Below, piece by piece: positions 10,915 to 20,388 of a stretch of DNA of 64,000 bases. Under the pieces are notes generated by a model, which had not been told where the DNA came from, did not search any database, and saw only the letters and a list, made by a program, of their open reading frames with translations. Numbering within the stretch: position 1 is the first letter of the stretch; each line of letters opens with the position of its first letter. The stretch comes from Bacteroides uniformis. Its GTDB lineage: Bacteria > Bacillota_I > Bacilli_A > RFN20 > CAG-826. The stretch spans positions 51,656-115,655 of the forward strand of contig CAVIBR010000002.1 of NCBI GenBank assembly GCA_963641445.1. Reading direction: 5' to 3'. Made by a program: the position numbers and the translations under genes.

Positions 10915-12659
10915 ACATTTTCCAAACGGAATGAAACGTTGATTTCTTCCGCTTTCTTGAATCTTCCAAGTCCTTCAGTTGAAATGATTAGGTCATCATC
11001 TTTTCCTGCAATTGAAGCGTATACTAAAGTTTCCTCGCCTAATTGTTCAAAAAGATTTATCTTTGCTTTGAAGCCTTGTTCTTCGTAACGTAAATCGCCA
11101 TTAACGGATATTGCTTTAGGACGGATGCCCATAGTAACGATTTTGTCCAAATAGTTTTCATTGAAGTTTGTCATTCTTTCTTTTGGAAGTTCCATTTCTT
11201 CTTTGCCTAAGAATGAAACGAAATATCTATCGTCTTTCTTGCTTACTTTAGCATCAAAGAAATTCATTTGAGGGGTTCCTATAAATCCAGCGACAAATTG
11301 ATTTTTAGGATTTAAGAATATCTCTTCTGGTGTGCCTATTTGCTGAATTATTCCATCTTTCAAGACAACAATCTTGCTACCCATCGTCATTGCTTCAACT
11401 TGATCGTGAGTAACATAGATAAAGATTGTTTTTAGCTTATCGTGAAGACGGGTTATCTCACTTCTCATTGCAACACGCATCTTTGCATCAAGATTAGAAA
11501 GAGGCTCATCAAGTAAGAATACTTCAGGATCACGAACGATTGCTCTTCCTAAAGCAACTCTTTGTCTTTGGCCACCGGATAAATTAGCAGGTTTTCTATC
11601 AAGATAATCGCTTAAGCCAATCTTTTCTGCGGCTGCTTCAACTTTCTTTTTGATTTCTTCTTTTCTTTGTTTTCTGTACTTAAAATCAAAGAAATGTTTG
11701 AAAGGAATCTTTTCTACTTCAAGAGGAAAAGCAATGTTTTTAAAGACAGTTAAGTGAGGATATAAGGCATAGTTTTGGAAAACCATGGCAATATTACGAT
11801 TCTTCGCTTCTTCGTCAGTAACATCTTTTCCATCAAGATAAATGGATCCTTCTGTGACGTCTTCTAATCCGCCAATCATTCTAAGGACCGTGCTTTTACC
11901 ACAACCAGATGGTCCAACAAAAACAACAAATTCCTCATCATATATGTCTAAATTGAAATCCTTTACTGCCGTAACTCCGTTTGGATATGTCTTATAAATT
12001 GATTGAATTCTTAAACATGGTTCCTTAGAAAAATATTTCAAAATATCAGAAAATTTATTTAGTGGATGATCGGTGAATTCACTATCTGATGCATCGCCAA
12101 TGCCAAAAGAGGTAAAGCCGCCTTTCTTAGCTGCTTCAACACCTGCTTTAGCATCTTCTACGACGCCACATTCGCTTGGATCTAAACCAAGTTTCTTTGC
12201 AGCAAGGAGGAAAACTTCAGGATCTGGTTTTGAATGAGCTATCATGCTTCCATCAACAACTTCATCAAAGAAATTGGCTAAGCCAATTCTTTCAAGAATA
12301 AACGGAGCATTCTTGCTACCGCTTCCTAAAGCAAGTTTGATTCCTTTTTCTCTTAAAGCATTTAATGTAGATAGAACATCTTTATCTACATCATTAGGTG
12401 TTAAGGCATTCAAGGATTCACGGTACATCTCATTCTTTTTCTCACAAAGTTTTTCTTTTTCTTCTTCAAAATATTCCCTTGTGGCTTTCTCTAAAATGAT
12501 TTCTAAAGATGCCATTCTAGAAACGCCACGTAAGCGATTATTCACTTTTTCATCAAAAGGGATATTTTCTTCATCAGCCATCTTTTTCCATGCGGCATAA
12601 TGAAATTTGTCAGTGGAGATAATCACTCCATCTAAATCGAAGATCATTCCTTTAATCAT
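10875..12659 (-). CDS. Fusion protein: N-terminal beta-phosphoglucomutase (HAD superfamily, PgmB-like) fused to a C-terminal MalK/MsmK-like sugar ABC transporter ATPase
   Basis: 594 aa. N-terminal MIKGMIFDLDGVIISTD…SKPDPEVFLLAAKKLGL…VVEDAKAGVEAAKKGGF matches HAD motifs I-IV of beta-PGM. From about aa 215, ...[54 protein letters not shown] and [14 protein letters not shown] form a complete MalK NBD plus C-terminal regulatory domain. There is no stop or frameshift at the junction. RBS GGAGG. Confidence 0.8.
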   Translation of the reverse strand: MIKGMIFDLDGVIISTDKFHYAAWKKMADEENIPFDEKVNNRLRGVSRMASLEIILEKATREYFEEEKEKLCEKKNEMYRESLNALTPNDVDKDVLSTLNALREKGIKLALGSGSKNAPFILERIGLANFFDEVVDGSMIAHSKPDPEVFLLAAKKLGLDPSECGVVEDAKAGVEAAKKGGFTSFGIGDASDSEFTDHPLNKFSDILKYFSKEPCLRIQSIYKTYPNGVTAVKDFNLDIYDEEFVVFVGPSGCGKSTVLRMIGGLEDVTEGSIYLDGKDVTDEEAKNRNIAMVFQNYALYPHLTVFKNIAFPLEVEKIPFKHFFDFKYRKQRKEEIKKKVEAAAEKIGLSDYLDRKPANLSGGQRQRVALGRAIVRDPEVFLLDEPLSNLDAKMRVAMRSEITRLHDKLKTIFIYVTHDQVEAMTMGSKIVVLKDGIIQQIGTPEEIFLNPKNQFVAGFIGTPQMNFFDAKVSKKDDRYFVSFLGKEEMELPKERMTNFNENYLDKIVTMGIRPKAISVNGDLRYEEQGFKAKINLFEQLGEETLVYASIAGKDDDLIISTEGLGRFKKAEEINVSFRLENVCFFSKENGESLL

Positions 12660-14763
12660 TGTTTATTTCCTCCACTTTTGCTTCTTTTGAGCTTACTTTG
12701 ATGCGGTATAACTTATTTCTTGCCTTGATTTTATAACTCAAAGAAGAAATCTCTTTTGGCAATTGATTAGAACAAGATATTTCACCATTATCCGATATTT
12801 TCAAACCTGAAAATCCATATATTGCAGATAGATATGCTCCACCTGCACTTGCTGGATGGGTTCCACCAATATAGATTCCTCCGGCATATAGTTTTTGAGG
12901 ACCATATAAATCAATGGACGCACTCTTTCTAAACATCGAATAAGCGTATCCTCTTTCGCCTATTTCTGTAGCAAGCAAGGAATACATGCTGCTAGATAGA
13001 CTTGATCCATGCTCTGTACGAGGGAAATAATAATCATAATTCGCTTCTTTTATTGACAGAGGGAACTCATCACCTAAAAGCGAAAGCATTGCAGCGACAT
13101 CCGCTTGCTTGATTATTTGCGTTCCTCCTGCAGGACCATCTTTTCCTCCCCAATACTGTCTTGGGTCTTTTAAACGAGACCTAACAGTTTCTAAGGAACA
13201 ATCCTCTTTTTGAAAATAACCTTCAAATTGTTCTATGACACCATTAGAGTTTGGTTTAGGAAGATAAAGATTTTCTAAGAATTCTTCTAGTTTAGAAAGA
13301 ATTCCATTTGAATCTTCAATTAAATCCATGTTGTTTCTTAATGTTTTGATGGTAAAACGTAGAGCGTGTGCGACCATATAATTCGTAAATGCGTTGTCGT
13401 TCACTCTTTCGTGATATTCATCCGGGCCAATAACATCATCGATATGATAAAGGCCGTCTTTTCTTTTCTTCGCATAACTTAAAAAGAACAATGAGCATTG
13501 GCATAAAACATCTAGTGCTCCATCTGCAAAAATCGAATTATCCCCCGTAATAGTTAAGTATTTTTCTATCGCATAAGGAATATCCGCACTTATATGAATC
13601 TGTTTTTCGTTGAAATAGGTTCTAATTGGTTTGCCAGTTTTGTAATCTGTGACGTTGTATTTTGAGCATGCTTCAAGGCCACTTTCTTGGCTTTCCCAGG
13701 AATAGAATGCACCTTTGTAACCAAATTCTTTTGCTTTCGCTTTTGCACCAGGCAAAGTATTTACCCTATACATAATTAAGTTGCGGGCAACCTTTGGTTC
13801 GTTTAGAGCAAAAAATGGTAATAGGAATATTTCAGTATCCCAAAATATTGCACCTTTATAGGTTTGTCCAGAAACTCCACGAGCAGGAATGCTACGTTCT
13901 CTATTCTCATCTCCTAGAATCAATAATTCATATATCGAATACAAAAGTTCTTTTTCTCCATCTTCATCACCAATTAATTCAACTCTTGCTTGATGATATA
14001 AGGAGGAGAATATTTGGACGTGATCTTCTTTTTTGGCTAAGTATCCATCTTCGATTACTTCATTGATTTCTTTTTTAAAATCCGTTTTTGATTCAAAGAT
14101 CAAAGAATAAATACATAGTTCAAAAGTTTCATCTTTATTTAAAAAAACATCTAATTCATAGAAACCATTATTAAATGCTGGATTACCTTTGTTGAAAGAA
14201 TAATTCACTGCTTCAAAGATTGTCTTGTTTTCATTTGTTTTTCCTTCGAATAATAAGAAATTATCTTCCTTTGTTATATTCTTTTCTTTGAAATGAGGGC
14301 CATTAATGTCGTAAATATCTAAATCAAGGCCAAAAACAAAATGATATTTCTTTGATTCTTTGGCTTTGATTCCGATTTTAGCTGCAAGAAGATTATCTTG
14401 CTTCTTTGAGAGGAAACGTTCACTTTCGATGAAATAGGAAGGAAACTCACTTCTTCTTTTTAGGATACCTTCTTCAATATTTAATTCTAGTTCATGTGCT
14501 AACGGATCAATCGAATTAACGGTTTCTTCATTTCCATCTACGAACGTTTTGAAAAAGATTGGATCAGGAAGGTTAAGTGATTCTCTCCATTTATCTTGGT
14601 AACGATCATAGACTCCAACAAGATTGAATCCTTTCATGGAATCCTTGTTTTCTTCTTCTAATACTCCACGATATCCTAGATGCCCATTGCCAATAAGAAG
14701 GCGATTTCCCTCTTCGATTCTACTAGAACGATTGAATCCATGAATAATCAAAGAATCATTCAT
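12652..14763 (-). CDS. Glycoside hydrolase family 65 disaccharide phosphorylase (maltose/kojibiose/nigerose/trehalose phosphorylase family)
   Basis: 703 aa. N-terminal GH65 beta-sandwich, central (alpha/alpha)6 barrel and the conserved ...FPRTEHGSSLSSSMYSLLATE... segment. Sits in tandem with a second GH65 gene and next to the beta-PGM fusion. RBS GGAGA. Confidence 0.85.
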   Translation of the reverse strand: MNDSLIIHGFNRSSRIEEGNRLLIGNGHLGYRGVLEEENKDSMKGFNLVGVYDRYQDKWRESLNLPDPIFFKTFVDGNEETVNSIDPLAHELELNIEEGILKRRSEFPSYFIESERFLSKKQDNLLAAKIGIKAKESKKYHFVFGLDLDIYDINGPHFKEKNITKEDNFLLFEGKTNENKTIFEAVNYSFNKGNPAFNNGFYELDVFLNKDETFELCIYSLIFESKTDFKKEINEVIEDGYLAKKEDHVQIFSSLYHQARVELIGDEDGEKELLYSIYELLILGDENRERSIPARGVSGQTYKGAIFWDTEIFLLPFFALNEPKVARNLIMYRVNTLPGAKAKAKEFGYKGAFYSWESQESGLEACSKYNVTDYKTGKPIRTYFNEKQIHISADIPYAIEKYLTITGDNSIFADGALDVLCQCSLFFLSYAKKRKDGLYHIDDVIGPDEYHERVNDNAFTNYMVAHALRFTIKTLRNNMDLIEDSNGILSKLEEFLENLYLPKPNSNGVIEQFEGYFQKEDCSLETVRSRLKDPRQYWGGKDGPAGGTQIIKQADVAAMLSLLGDEFPLSIKEANYDYYFPRTEHGSSLSSSMYSLLATEIGERGYAYSMFRKSASIDLYGPQKLYAGGIYIGGTHPASAGGAYLSAIYGFSGLKISDNGEISCSNQLPKEISSLSYKIKARNKLYRIKVSSKEAKVEEINND

Positions 14764-17024
14764 CTTTTTATCTCCATCTTTTCTGAAACAGTAACATCTT
14801 GGCCGTATATATTCATCGAAACTGGTTCGCCTAAGTTTTCAATGCATAGTGAAGATGGATAGATGTCCAACCGTAAAGGTGAATTATGATAATTTAGTTT
14901 CACTGAATAATGTTTCCAACGACTTGGCAAGGTTGGATTGATTAGAAGTTTTTCACGATCACTTCTTAAGCCTAAATAACCATAAACGATATTCATCCAT
15001 GCTGCGGCAATGCTAGTCATATGGAGCCCTTCTGATGTATTGCGGTTGTAATCATCTAAATCTAGGCGTGTTGCAAAGCCAAAGAAATCAAGCGCTTCTT
15101 TTTCTTTGCCTAATTCTTGAGCGAGTATGCTATGAACGCTTGGAGAAAGAGAAGATTCGTGGATGCAACGTGGCTCGTAATATTCATAATTGGCTTTCTT
15201 TTCTTTTAAGGAGAAATCCTGGTTGTAAAGGAAGATGAACATCAAAACGTCTGGTTGCTTAATCATGTCGTTACGATAAATTCGATCATATGACCAATGG
15301 CTATATAAAGGGAAATCGGTGACAGGAATCTTATCTACGTCAATATGCGGAAGGTCATAGAACCCTGCATGTTGTTCGTATAGCTTTGTTTTTGGGTCGT
15401 AGAGAATTAGCATTTTATTCATTGCTTCAACCATTTCTTGAAGTTTTCTTGAATCAAAACCTGTCTCTTTCATTGTTTCTTCTTTTTCAATACGTTTGTC
15501 ATTTAATACGGACAGGGTGTATTCAAAAGTTTTCTTTGCCATGATATTGGTATACATATTGTGATTTACCATGACTTCAAATTCGTCTGGGCCCATTACT
15601 CCGTAATAACTGAAATGTTCTTTGGTTTGATTCCATTGCCCGCGGGTAAGTAAGAACTTATCAATTTCTAGTAACATTTTTAGTCCGTACTTATTCATGA
15701 AATCCCAATCTTGATAAAGATTCATGTAATGGAAAATCGCATATGCGACAGCGGTTGTTGGTTGAATTTGCGTTGAGGCGTGCTGCCAAAGAGTACATGC
15801 TTCCTCGCCATTTCTTGTAGCGATAGGGAAACACGCTCCTTCACAATCAAGGTCTTTTGCTCTTTCTTTTGCTTTTTCTAAGGTGTTATAACGGAATAGC
15901 AAGAGATCCCTAGCTGCTTTCTGGTTGGTGAAAAGATAATAAGGAAGGCAATATGTTTCGCTATCCCAGAATGCGTGGCCGCTATAAGCTTCACCAGTTA
16001 GTCCTTTTGCACCAATATTGTTATCAGGAGCAAGTCCGTTATAGGCTTGTTGGAGATTGAAAAGGCAGAAACGGATGCCTTGTTGATCTTCATCATCGCC
16101 ATCGATTTCAATATCGCTTTCTTTGATTCTTTCAGAGAAAAACGAACTATTTTCTTCAAAAAGGCCTGCAAAACCCTTCTCTTTTAATAAAGAGAGATTC
16201 TTTGAAGCACTCTCAATCATTTCTTTTTCATGCGTATCGCTCTTTTTATCAATGAGATTTTCGACATAACGGGCGAAAGTAATTTCCTTTCCTTCTGTTA
16301 GAGAAAAATCATAATTCAACGTTATTGATTTATCTTCAATCTTTTTTGATGATTGCGAAAACGGTGAATCAACCTTCATCACGCTAACGATTGCCTGATG
16401 AGTTGAAATTGTCTTCATGAAAAGTCCGTATTCATCGTTATTATCGATAATCTTGCCTAAGTTCCAATAACAATGATTTCCCCAATGAAGAATTCCTCCA
16501 TCGATAGTTAATGAAAGATGAACATCTGCTTCCTTATCAGATTTGAAGGAGATTCTTTGAATGGCGTTTTCTGACGATTTCATGCCAAGAAGTCTTTCGA
16601 ATGTCATTTCTACTTTCTTTCCACTTAAGGTGTTCCAAACGAAATTTCTTTTTAATAATCCGTTACGGAAATCAAGTGATCTAACAAAATCCGATTGGGA
16701 TATGATGGCTAAATCGAGTTTTTCACCATCAATTATGATTTCACATTTCAAATAGTTTGGAGAATTGATTGTAAAATGACTTTTTTTGGCAATTCCTTTA
16801 TAGGCGTTAGGGATTTCTTCAAGAGAATATTCAAAAATTCCGTTATAATACGTGCCAATTAATGAAGGTAAGGTTACTCCTTCTTCAAGGAAGCCACGAA
16901 CCCCGCTATATTCATTTCCTAAAGAAAAGATAGATTCGCTAACTTGGTTACGATCTTTGTGGAAGCCTTTTTCGACAACTCTCCATGGTTCTACTTCTAA
17001 GTATTTGTTACGAATTTTAGCCAT
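14760..17024 (-). CDS. Glycoside hydrolase family 65 disaccharide phosphorylase (second paralog)
   Basis: 754 aa with GH65 architecture. ...YYEPRCIHESSLSPSVHSILAQELG... matches the GH65 catalytic region. RBS AAGGAG. Confidence 0.85.
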   Translation of the reverse strand: MAKIRNKYLEVEPWRVVEKGFHKDRNQVSESIFSLGNEYSGVRGFLEEGVTLPSLIGTYYNGIFEYSLEEIPNAYKGIAKKSHFTINSPNYLKCEIIIDGEKLDLAIISQSDFVRSLDFRNGLLKRNFVWNTLSGKKVEMTFERLLGMKSSENAIQRISFKSDKEADVHLSLTIDGGILHWGNHCYWNLGKIIDNNDEYGLFMKTISTHQAIVSVMKVDSPFSQSSKKIEDKSITLNYDFSLTEGKEITFARYVENLIDKKSDTHEKEMIESASKNLSLLKEKGFAGLFEENSSFFSERIKESDIEIDGDDEDQQGIRFCLFNLQQAYNGLAPDNNIGAKGLTGEAYSGHAFWDSETYCLPYYLFTNQKAARDLLLFRYNTLEKAKERAKDLDCEGACFPIATRNGEEACTLWQHASTQIQPTTAVAYAIFHYMNLYQDWDFMNKYGLKMLLEIDKFLLTRGQWNQTKEHFSYYGVMGPDEFEVMVNHNMYTNIMAKKTFEYTLSVLNDKRIEKEETMKETGFDSRKLQEMVEAMNKMLILYDPKTKLYEQHAGFYDLPHIDVDKIPVTDFPLYSHWSYDRIYRNDMIKQPDVLMFIFLYNQDFSLKEKKANYEYYEPRCIHESSLSPSVHSILAQELGKEKEALDFFGFATRLDLDDYNRNTSEGLHMTSIAAAWMNIVYGYLGLRSDREKLLINPTLPSRWKHYSVKLNYHNSPLRLDIYPSSLCIENLGEPVSMNIYGQDVTVSEKMEIKR

Positions 17025-17027
17025 AAT

Positions 17028-17951
17028 TTACTCCTTGCTGCCTTTATTTGCTCCCACACCCATGATTTGACGTTGGAAGATAAGGAAAATGATTACTTGA
17101 GGGATAATTGATAAAACTAATAACATTAGGAATTCTTCAGGTTTTAAAATATCTCCAGCATTGCCAATGTCATAGATTCCAACCATTAATGTTTTGAGTT
17201 TGTTATTTTGCAAGACTAGATATGGCAAGAGGAAATCACTATATGATGCAGTCATAGCAAAAATAGCAACAATGCCAATGATTGGTTTTGATAAAGGCAA
17301 GATAATTCTAATAAATATTTGGAAGCGATCCGCTCCATCCATATTGGCTGCTTCGACAAGAGATTGAGGAAGTCTTGAGAAATAATCTTTAAATAAGGTG
17401 TAATAATAGGCGTTCGCGCCAAAAGAAAGCCAAAGAGAGAGGAACATCAAATAAGACTCGCTATCGGCTTGTAAAAGGCCAATCGCATTGATTTCCTTTA
17501 TAAGAGGGAAAATATTCAACACGGCTGGAATCATGTAGCCAAGAAAAACTAACTTATCGATGATTTTATATCCGGCTGGTTTTATTACTGCAATCGCATA
17601 AGCAAGCAAACTATTGAAGAATACCGCACATATAACCGCGCCAATAACATAAACGAAAGTATTTAAATAATAACGAGTGAAATCGATTTTCTCCCAAATG
17701 GTTGCAATCTTTCCCCAATCCCAAACTTTTGGCCAGAAAGTATATGTCGAACTATAAATCTCACCAGAACTTTTCAAAGCGGACGCAATCAAGTAAACAA
17801 TAGGAAAAAGAGCAATGAAAGAAAATAAGCAAAGGAAGAAAACGATCATTCCATATCCTGCTTTATGCCAAGGGCTACGATAATCAGCAAAATTGAGGAA
17901 ACCGCCTCTTTTATCTTTTAGGTGAGGAAATGCAAATTTACGTTTTTCCAT
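17028..17951 (-). CDS. Carbohydrate ABC transporter permease (LplC/MalG-like)
   Basis: 307 aa, 6 TM, EAA loop EAANMDGADRFQIFIRIILPLSKP. RBS GGAGGGG. Confidence 0.85.
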   Translation of the reverse strand: MEKRKFAFPHLKDKRGGFLNFADYRSPWHKAGYGMIVFFLCLFSFIALFPIVYLIASALKSSGEIYSSTYTFWPKVWDWGKIATIWEKIDFTRYYLNTFVYVIGAVICAVFFNSLLAYAIAVIKPAGYKIIDKLVFLGYMIPAVLNIFPLIKEINAIGLLQADSESYLMFLSLWLSFGANAYYYTLFKDYFSRLPQSLVEAANMDGADRFQIFIRIILPLSKPIIGIVAIFAMTASYSDFLLPYLVLQNNKLKTLMVGIYDIGNAGDILKPEEFLMLLVLSIIPQVIIFLIFQRQIMGVGANKGSKE

Positions 17952-17952
17952 A

Positions 17953-18870
17953 CTATTTCCCCTCCTTTTTCTTTAAGAATCGATCAAGAAGAGCATATCC
18001 AATGGTGAATAAAATGATGATTCCACCTAAAACCATCGCACATGCCGCACTCTTTCCGTATTCAAAATCTTCAAATGCATATAAATACGAAAGTAACATC
18101 AAAGACATCGAACTATCTAAAGGACCGCCTTTTGGTCCGATGATGAGTGGTTCATAGAAGACTTGGAAAACGCTAATAATTTGCAGGACTAATAAAGTTA
18201 GCATTGTTCCACGCAAAGCTGGAATGGTAATTCTCCAGAACCTTTGCCAAGAGCTAGCGCCATCACTTCTAGCCGCTTCATACATCGAATCATCAATAGA
18301 TTGAAAAGCGCTAAGGTAGATAAGAGCAGTACTTCCAGCTCCTTTCCAAGTCATTGCTAAAACAATAAGAGGAATAATTAAGGAAGTCGATCCTTTCCAT
18401 GGATGGGATTCAAATCCTAGCTTTGTGATAATAACGTTGAATAAATCCGTGTTAGAATCGCCATACATAGAATTAAAAAGGAAGACAACAGCCATTCCAC
18501 TAATCATGCACGGAAGATAAAGAACGATACGGAAAAATCCTTTCGCATGAATGACTTCGCTAAGAAGGAAACCTAAAATAACTGGAACAAGATATCCAAT
18601 AACAAGTGACCAAAGGATGTAAAGGAAAGTATTCTTTAACGCACTAAGGAAAGTTGGATCTTCAAATATCGCCTGAAAATTAGCAAATCCGACAAATTTA
18701 GCATCTTCATATCCATCTTGAAAAGAAAGAATGATATTACGTCCCATCGGATACCAAACAAAGAAAGCAAATAAAGTAAGAGGAATGATCATGAAAGCCC
18801 ACCCTACAAGATTCTTCTTAAGGGTTGATTTCCAATTCTTTTTTCGTTTTATAAGTGCTTTCTTTTTCAT
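17953..18870 (-). CDS. Carbohydrate ABC transporter permease (LplB/MalF-like)
   Basis: 305 aa, EAA loop EAARSDGASSWQRFWRITIPALRG. Lies 1 bp from the downstream permease. Confidence 0.85.
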   Translation of the reverse strand: MKKKALIKRKKNWKSTLKKNLVGWAFMIIPLTLFAFFVWYPMGRNIILSFQDGYEDAKFVGFANFQAIFEDPTFLSALKNTFLYILWSLVIGYLVPVILGFLLSEVIHAKGFFRIVLYLPCMISGMAVVFLFNSMYGDSNTDLFNVIITKLGFESHPWKGSTSLIIPLIVLAMTWKGAGSTALIYLSAFQSIDDSMYEAARSDGASSWQRFWRITIPALRGTMLTLLVLQIISVFQVFYEPLIIGPKGGPLDSSMSLMLLSYLYAFEDFEYGKSAACAMVLGGIIILFTIGYALLDRFLKKKEGK

Positions 18871-18885
18871 AAATAAAAGGCTCGC

Positions 18886-20298
18886 TTATTTGTTTACAGT
18901 CTTATCAAGTTCTTTTTGAAGTTGTTGGGATGCAGTTTGCAAGAGAGCTTTGCAATTAGCGTTTTCAAGGTTAACGAAAACACTTTGAATTACAGTATCT
19001 AATGCTTCATACATCTCTTGTGCGGCATATGGTTCTTCACTCTTTTTGTTTGCTTGAATCGTATCAAAGAATGGTGAGTAGTCTTTCATATCAACAGTGA
19101 TGTATTCTTTTTCTAATTTATTAGCTTCAGCTAGATATGTTTCATCTTTCCAAGGCATGATTGAAGGCAAAATAGGTTGATTTTTTGTTTTAGCTACTTC
19201 GTATCCCTCTTTTTTGGCTTTGAAATTATTTTCGCTTGTTGAAGGAGAACGACCAATATAATCAAAGAATTTAAGAATTCCTTCGACTTTCTCATCAGAA
19301 ACGTTCTTAGTGAAAACATAAGGTGTTCCGCCATAAAGAGAATAGTGATCTTTGTTATTTCCAGTTGGCATAGGAACGAAGGCTAAATCGCTCATTTCTA
19401 CGCTGCCTTGAAGTTTGGCTTGTTGGAGAACATCGCTTCCAACAACTGCCATAGCAACCTTATCACCAATATTGCCATACCAATCGTTATAAACAGTTCC
19501 AACCGCATCTTGCATTAGGCCATCAACTTTCATCTTTTTGACCCATTCGAGAGCGTTAACTGCTTCATTTGAGTCGAGATTCGCCGCCCATTTTCCGTTT
19601 TTTTGAATTTCTAGCTCTGCACCAAAATTCCAGGCGATATTGCTAAAAACCCAACCGCCGTTCTTATTAGCGCTATACATTAAGAAGCCTTTTGCGGAGT
19701 CTTCGTTTTCGTTAACGATCGTATTGCTGAAATCGTAAACCTGTTCCCATGTTGTTGGATAAGCAGGCGTTCCATCTTCGTTATAGATGTTATAAGTTCC
19801 ATCTTCGTTTTCTGGCAATAAGCCATTTTCACCGAGGATTCGCTTGTTAATCAATAAGCCAAGACCATACCCATCACGTGGAACTCCGTATATTTCGTTA
19901 TCGAATGTTAATGTGGATTTCATCTCATCGTCCATTTTCACATCCCAGCCAATATCTTTAAGTTGAGCCGTTATTGGACGGATGATTTTCTTTTCCATCA
20001 ATTTTTCTGGCTCGGTGAACCATGTTTGCCAAACATCAGGAAGGCTTCCCGTGCTTGCTTTTTGGTTAACTGTCTCCGTGCTATAGGTGTATGGCATTCC
20101 TTTGATCGTGTATTTTGGATTTTCTTCTTCAAAACGTTTTGCCCACGTTTCATACATAGCCACGTCTTGTTTTGATGCGCTTTCAGGCCAAAAACCAATT
20201 TTCAAAACAATTTTATCGCCATCGCCTCCTTCACCGCATGAAGCAAGCAAGATACAAGACAATGCTGATAAGATTTTTAAGTTTAAGGTTTTTTTCAT
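18886..20298 (-). CDS. Sugar ABC transporter substrate-binding lipoprotein. Start revised to the ATG at 20296-20298.
   Basis: The ORF track begins at a TTG (20313). The in-frame ATG five codons downstream yields MKKTLNLKILSALSCILLASCGEG, a lipoprotein signal with lipobox. It is preceded by GGAGG plus 8 nt. The body resembles a family-1 extracellular solute-binding protein. Confidence 0.8.
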   Translation of the reverse strand: MKKTLNLKILSALSCILLASCGEGGDGDKIVLKIGFWPESASKQDVAMYETWAKRFEEENPKYTIKGMPYTYSTETVNQKASTGSLPDVWQTWFTEPEKLMEKKIIRPITAQLKDIGWDVKMDDEMKSTLTFDNEIYGVPRDGYGLGLLINKRILGENGLLPENEDGTYNIYNEDGTPAYPTTWEQVYDFSNTIVNENEDSAKGFLMYSANKNGGWVFSNIAWNFGAELEIQKNGKWAANLDSNEAVNALEWVKKMKVDGLMQDAVGTVYNDWYGNIGDKVAMAVVGSDVLQQAKLQGSVEMSDLAFVPMPTGNNKDHYSLYGGTPYVFTKNVSDEKVEGILKFFDYIGRSPSTSENNFKAKKEGYEVAKTKNQPILPSIMPWKDETYLAEANKLEKEYITVDMKDYSPFFDTIQANKKSEEPYAAQEMYEALDTVIQSVFVNLENANCKALLQTASQQLQKELDKTVNK

Positions 20299-20315
20299 AT
20301 TTGAATCCTCCAAAG

Positions 20316-20347
20316 TGAGGGGGAGGGGAGAGACTTCCTCCCCCTCA
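20316..20347 (-). promoter_or_regulatory. Very GC-rich intercistronic stem-loop (11-bp stem) immediately upstream of the SBP Shine-Dalgarno. A putative mRNA processing/stability element or attenuating terminator.
   Basis: tgagggggaggGGAGAGACTTcctccccctca: perfect 11-bp stem of nearly pure G/C in an AT-rich genome. It sits between the 871-aa lipoprotein stop (20389) and the SBP RBS (20306-20310). Confidence 0.5.
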
Positions 20348-20388
20348 TCACATTTGTAATTAACGTTAAATTAATTAATGAGTTTTAA

